A stretch of DNA of 64,000 bases from an uncultured Gemmatimonadaceae bacterium (GTDB taxonomy: Bacteria > Gemmatimonadota > Gemmatimonadetes > Gemmatimonadales > Gemmatimonadaceae), in NCBI GenBank assembly GCA_963822945.1, contig CAWGJO010000036.1:32001-96000 (forward strand). Direction: 5' to 3'. Shown in pieces: positions 60,207-64,000 of this stretch. The translations under genes were made by a program, and so were the position numbers. The notes beneath the pieces are model-generated. The model made no database searches. It saw only the letters and a program-made list of their open reading frames with translations, and was not told the origin of the DNA. Numbering within the stretch: the first letter of the stretch is position 1; each line of letters starts with the position of its first letter.

Positions 60207-62987
60207 CTACCCGGGAGCCGGGGACGTGAACCGGTAGCTCCCCGACCCCACGTCCACCACGACGTCCGCCCCGCGCTGGCGGACCGAGCGCACGCCGGCG
60301 TCGCCCGCCAACGGCCGGCCGCTCTCGCGCACGCGGTCCGCGGTCGTCCCGCGCAGCGTAACCGTGGACCACGTGTTCGGCGGCACCGTCGCGTCGAGTG
60401 TGAAGGTGCCGCCGTCCAGCTTCCACGACGAAGCCAGCGTGCCGTACCGGGTGACGATCGACGTGCGCGCACTGGTGAGCCCACCGCCGGGCCTGGGCGC
60501 GATGATCGAATGCGCGTACCCCGGCGCGGCCGGGTCCACGTCGATGCCGCCGATGGTCCGGTACATCCAGTCGCCCACCGCGCCGAAGGCGTAGTGGTTG
60601 AAGGAATTCATGCTCGGGTCCTCGAACGTGCCATCGGGCTCGATTCCGTCCCACCGTTCCCACATCGTGGTCGCGCCGCGCGTGATGGGATAGAGCCACG
60701 ACGGATAGGTGCGCTGCAGCAGCAGCGCGTACGCCACGTCGAGGTGTCCGGTGTTGGTCAACGCGTCGAGCAGGTTGGGCGTGCCCAGGAACCCCGTGGT
60801 GAGGTGCATCCCGTGCGCGTGCACGTCGGCGGCCAGCCGCGCGCCAGCGGTGGCCAGCAGCGAGTCGGGAAGCAGATCGAACTGCAGGGCCAGCGCGTAC
60901 GCGGTCTGTGTGCTCGAGCCCACCCGACCGGCCGGCGTCACGAACTCGTGGTCGAACGCCGCGCGTTCGCGGCGGAAGAGCGCATCGTACTTCGCGGCAT
61001 CCGCCGAGCGGCCCAGCACCCGCGCCGCGCGCGCCACCAGATGGGCCGAATGCGCCAGGTACGCCGTACCGATGAGATCGGTGCCCGTGGTCGCGCCCGG
61101 ATAGCCGGCGTCGGTGCTGTGGTAGGCCAGCCAGTCGCCGAACCGCCACCCGGGCCGCCACACGCCGTCGCCGCCCGTCTGCCGCTGCTCGAAGTCCACC
61201 CAGCCGCGCATGCTCGCGAACTGGCGCGCCAGCAGTGCGCTATCGCCGTACGCGAGATACATGGTCCACGGAACGATCACCGAGGCGTCGCCCCACCCCG
61301 CGGTGCCCGCCTTGTCGGTGCTGTCGCCGCCCATCGGGTTGGGAATCACCCACGGCACGCTGCCGTCGGGATGCTGATCGATGGCGAGGTCGGCGAGCCA
61401 GTTGGCGAAGAAGCCATCCACACCCATGTTGAACGCTGCCGTGCGCGCGAACACCTGCGCGTCGCCCGTCCACCCCAGCCGCTCGTCGCGCTGCGGGCAG
61501 TCGGTGGGCACGCCCAGGAAGTTGCTGCGCTGTCCCCACACGATGTTGTGCTGGAGCGCGTTCAGCATCGTGTCGGACGTGACGAAGGTGCCCGTCTGCT
61601 CCAGGTCGGACGAGAGCGCGATGCCGGTGATCGTAGTGCTGTCCGGCGCGTCCGGCAGCCCCGACACCGCGACGTAGCGGAAGCCATGGTAGGTGAAGTG
61701 GGGCTCGTACGTCTCCGGCCCACCGCCCCTGGCTATGTAGCGGTCGGTCTGTTTGGCCAGCCGGAGGTTGCCGGTGTAGATGTTCCCGTCGTGGTCCAAC
61801 ACCTCGGCGAAGCGCATCCGGATCTCCGTGCCCGCCGGTGCGTTCACGCGCAGCCGCGCCCACCCGGTGAAGTTCTGGCCGAGATCGAACAGCGTCTCGC
61901 CGTTCGGCGCGCGGGTGATCGACACGGGTTTCAGCTCACGCACGGGGCGCACGGGCGGCGCTACCGGGGCCACGAGCGTTGCGGACGGCGCCGGGAGCAG
62001 CGCCACCGGCGTCCAGCCGGCATCGTCGAAGCCCGGCGACATCCAGCCCGCGCGATCGAGCCGCGCGTCGTACGTCTCGCCGTTGTAGATGTCGGAGTAG
62101 CGCACCGGGCCGTCGATGGTCTTCCACGAACCATCCGACACGATGCGCTGCCTGTGGCCGTCGGCGTAGCGCACGTCGAGCTGCAGCAGCAGCGCCCGGT
62201 GCTCGCCGTACAGGTTGCGATCGTGATCGAAGCCCAGGTACCCGCGGTACCAGCCGTCGCCGAGCATCGCGCCCACGGCGTTGTCGCCGTCGCGGAGCAT
62301 CGTGGTGACGTCGTACGTCTCGTACTGCAGCCGGTGGTGGTACGAGGTCCAACCGGGCGTGAACTCGGCGTCGGTCACACGCCGGCCGTTGAGGTACACC
62401 TGGTCGAGCCCCAGACTGGTCACGTAGAGGCGGGCCGAGCGCACGCGCCCGTGGAGCCGGAACTCGCGCCGCAGCAATGGGGAAGGCGTGGCGCCGCTGT
62501 CGCCCGGCACGGGCGCGGTGCCGATCCACCGCGCCGTCCAGTCGCCCGGCTTCAGCAATCCCGTCTCCCAGTAGGCGGGCGCACTCCACGCCGATGCGTC
62601 GCCCGCGGCGGTCCAGACGCGCACGCGCCAGAAGTACCGCGTGGCCGACGCCGGCGCGGGAAGCGCATCGGCGGCGAACACCGAGGCGCTCGATGCGACG
62701 CGTTTCGAGTCCCAGAGCAGATGCGCGCCGCGCGCGAGATCCGCCGCGCTCCCGGCCACCTGCACCTGGTACGCCGCCTGCATCGTGTTGCGGACGTCGC
62801 TCTCCAGTCGCCAGCTCAGCCTCGGGTGCTGCGCGTCGATGCCCACCGGGTTGCGCAGGTACTCGGCGCGGAGCCCGGTGACGGCCACGTGGGCCGGTGC
62901 CGGCGGGTGACCGGTGGGCGGCGCAGCGGCCGCGGTGACGAGCGCCAGCAGCAGCGCACCGATGAAGAGCGTCGACCGATGCCGCAC
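60207..62987 (-). CDS. Alpha-L-rhamnosidase (GH78), exported
   Basis: EYLRNPVGID..HPRLSW, PGWTSY, DLGQN, FTYHGFRY, PTDCPQRDERLGWTGD, GATTMWERW, SMNSFNHYAFG. Confidence 0.93.
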   Translation of the reverse strand: MRHRSTLFIGALLLALVTAAAAPPTGHPPAPAHVAVTGLRAEYLRNPVGIDAQHPRLSWRLESDVRNTMQAAYQVQVAGSAADLARGAHLLWDSKRVASSASVFAADALPAPASATRYFWRVRVWTAAGDASAWSAPAYWETGLLKPGDWTARWIGTAPVPGDSGATPSPLLRREFRLHGRVRSARLYVTSLGLDQVYLNGRRVTDAEFTPGWTSYHHRLQYETYDVTTMLRDGDNAVGAMLGDGWYRGYLGFDHDRNLYGEHRALLLQLDVRYADGHRQRIVSDGSWKTIDGPVRYSDIYNGETYDARLDRAGWMSPGFDDAGWTPVALLPAPSATLVAPVAPPVRPVRELKPVSITRAPNGETLFDLGQNFTGWARLRVNAPAGTEIRMRFAEVLDHDGNIYTGNLRLAKQTDRYIARGGGPETYEPHFTYHGFRYVAVSGLPDAPDSTTITGIALSSDLEQTGTFVTSDTMLNALQHNIVWGQRSNFLGVPTDCPQRDERLGWTGDAQVFARTAAFNMGVDGFFANWLADLAIDQHPDGSVPWVIPNPMGGDSTDKAGTAGWGDASVIVPWTMYLAYGDSALLARQFASMRGWVDFEQRQTGGDGVWRPGWRFGDWLAYHSTDAGYPGATTGTDLIGTAYLAHSAHLVARAARVLGRSADAAKYDALFRRERAAFDHEFVTPAGRVGSSTQTAYALALQFDLLPDSLLATAGARLAADVHAHGMHLTTGFLGTPNLLDALTNTGHLDVAYALLLQRTYPSWLYPITRGATTMWERWDGIEPDGTFEDPSMNSFNHYAFGAVGDWMYRTIGGIDVDPAAPGYAHSIIAPRPGGGLTSARTSIVTRYGTLASSWKLDGGTFTLDATVPPNTWSTVTLRGTTADRVRESGRPLAGDAGVRSVRQRGADVVVDVGSGSYRFTSPAPG

Positions 62988-62988
62988 G

Positions 62989-63321
62989 TCAGGCGGCCGG
63001 CTCGATCACCACAGCGGTGCCGTAGGCCACGATCTCGCTCATCGTCTGCCCGATTTCCGAGGAATCGAAGCGCATCATGACGATGGCGTTGGCGCCCATA
63101 GCCGTGGCGTTCTGCACCATCCGGTCCACCGCATGGCGCCGCGCTTCCTCGAGCAGCTGCGTGTACTCGGTGATCTCACCACCCACGATGGAGCGCAGTC
63201 CGGCCATGATGTTGCCGCCCAGTCCGCGGCTGCGAACCACGACCCCGAACGCCTGTCCCTTGGATTCCCTGACGCGGTATCCCGCGACGTATTCCGACGT
63301 GACGACTATCATGAGCGACAT
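62989..63321 (-). CDS. YbjQ (UPF0145) family protein
   Basis: GGAGG RBS, GVVVRSR, IVGGEITEYT.LL..AR..A..RM...A..MGANAI..MRFD, AYGTAV. Confidence 0.93.
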   Translation of the reverse strand: MSLMIVVTSEYVAGYRVRESKGQAFGVVVRSRGLGGNIMAGLRSIVGGEITEYTQLLEEARRHAVDRMVQNATAMGANAIVMMRFDSSEIGQTMSEIVAYGTAVVIEPAA

Positions 63322-63483
63322 TTCCTCCCGCAGGACCGGATGGTGAACGAGCCGGCGATCGACGACCCCTCCGAAACTATCTCCCGAGCGGCCGGGGGCC
63401 AGGAGGGGCCGCGATAAGAGAACGCTTGACCCCGCGTTCGGGATGGGCCAGTATGGGCGGACCTCCGACGCCGGAATCCCTCC

Positions 63484-64000
63484 ATGCACGGTTCCCGCCC
63501 CCTCGCACGGTTCGCCGCGCTCCTCGCGCTCCCCATCGCCACCGCCTGCGCCCATCGCCCACCGGGCCGGCACGTGTCACCCACCGGCGAGGACGCCGGC
63601 TCCTGTCTCCGCAGTCCGTGCGCGACCATCGCGTTCGCGGTCCACCAGGCGCACCCGGGCGACACCATCTCCGTGGACAGCGGCACGTATCACGAAGCGG
63701 TGCTGATCACCAAGCGGGTGACGCTCCTCGGGCACCAGGCCACGATCGACGTCGCGGGCCAGACATCGCCGCCCAACGGCGTCATGATCTCGGGCGACAG
63801 CGCGGCCGGCACGCGCGTGGCGGGGTTCACGATTCAAAACGCAGGGCTGGAGGGCATCTACGTCCTCGGCACATCGAACGTGACCATCGAGCACAACACC
63901 CTCCTGCACAACGACACGTACGGCCCGGAGAATCCGGTGTGCTCCAAGCACCAGAGCGACTGCGGCGAGGCCATCCACCTGCAGGCGGTGCACGGGTCGA
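63484..64000 (+). CDS. Right-handed parallel beta-helix (pectin lyase/NosD-like) lipoprotein, partial
   Basis: Manual translation: MHGSRPLARFAALLALPIATAC (lipobox) ... VSPTGED...PCATIAFAV..AHPGDTISVDSGTYHE.V.ITK.VTL.G...GFTIQNA..EGI. Runs off the window. Confidence 0.8.
   Translation, partial: MHGSRPLARFAALLALPIATACAHRPPGRHVSPTGEDAGSCLRSPCATIAFAVHQAHPGDTISVDSGTYHEAVLITKRVTLLGHQATIDVAGQTSPPNGVMISGDSAAGTRVAGFTIQNAGLEGIYVLGTSNVTIEHNTLLHNDTYGPENPVCSKHQSDCGEAIHLQAVHGS

Overview
GC-rich (about 70% by eye) bacterial chromosomal segment. The gene content suggests Gemmatimonadota (inference): duplicated-FtsX ADOP permeases, a BlaI/M56-TonB pair, a Hanks kinase starting with SLRDELQAALG, and many exported S9/S10/M28 peptidases and VPS10/BNR propeller hydrolases. 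I find about 50 CDS and no rRNA, tRNA, CRISPR array, integrase or transposase. Exported peptide and glycan hydrolases dominate (2x M28, 2x S9, 2x S10, 2x VPS10/BNR, GH51, GH78). Also present: hrpB, argJ, an AlaX-like editing protein, a ppk2-CHAD pair, trmO, transporters, and a regulatory cluster (Ser/Thr kinase, two degenerate-receiver regulators, XRE) with no histidine kinase. Six genes carry ten single-base indels, most likely long-read assembly errors. The most unusual signal is non-coding: 7-, 8-, 10- and 16-bp tandem arrays and about 100-bp modular palindromes. These often occur as inverted pairs bracketing single genes and in several cases supply the neighbouring stop codon. Also notable are RGG/FGGRGG low-complexity inserts in many unrelated exported enzymes.
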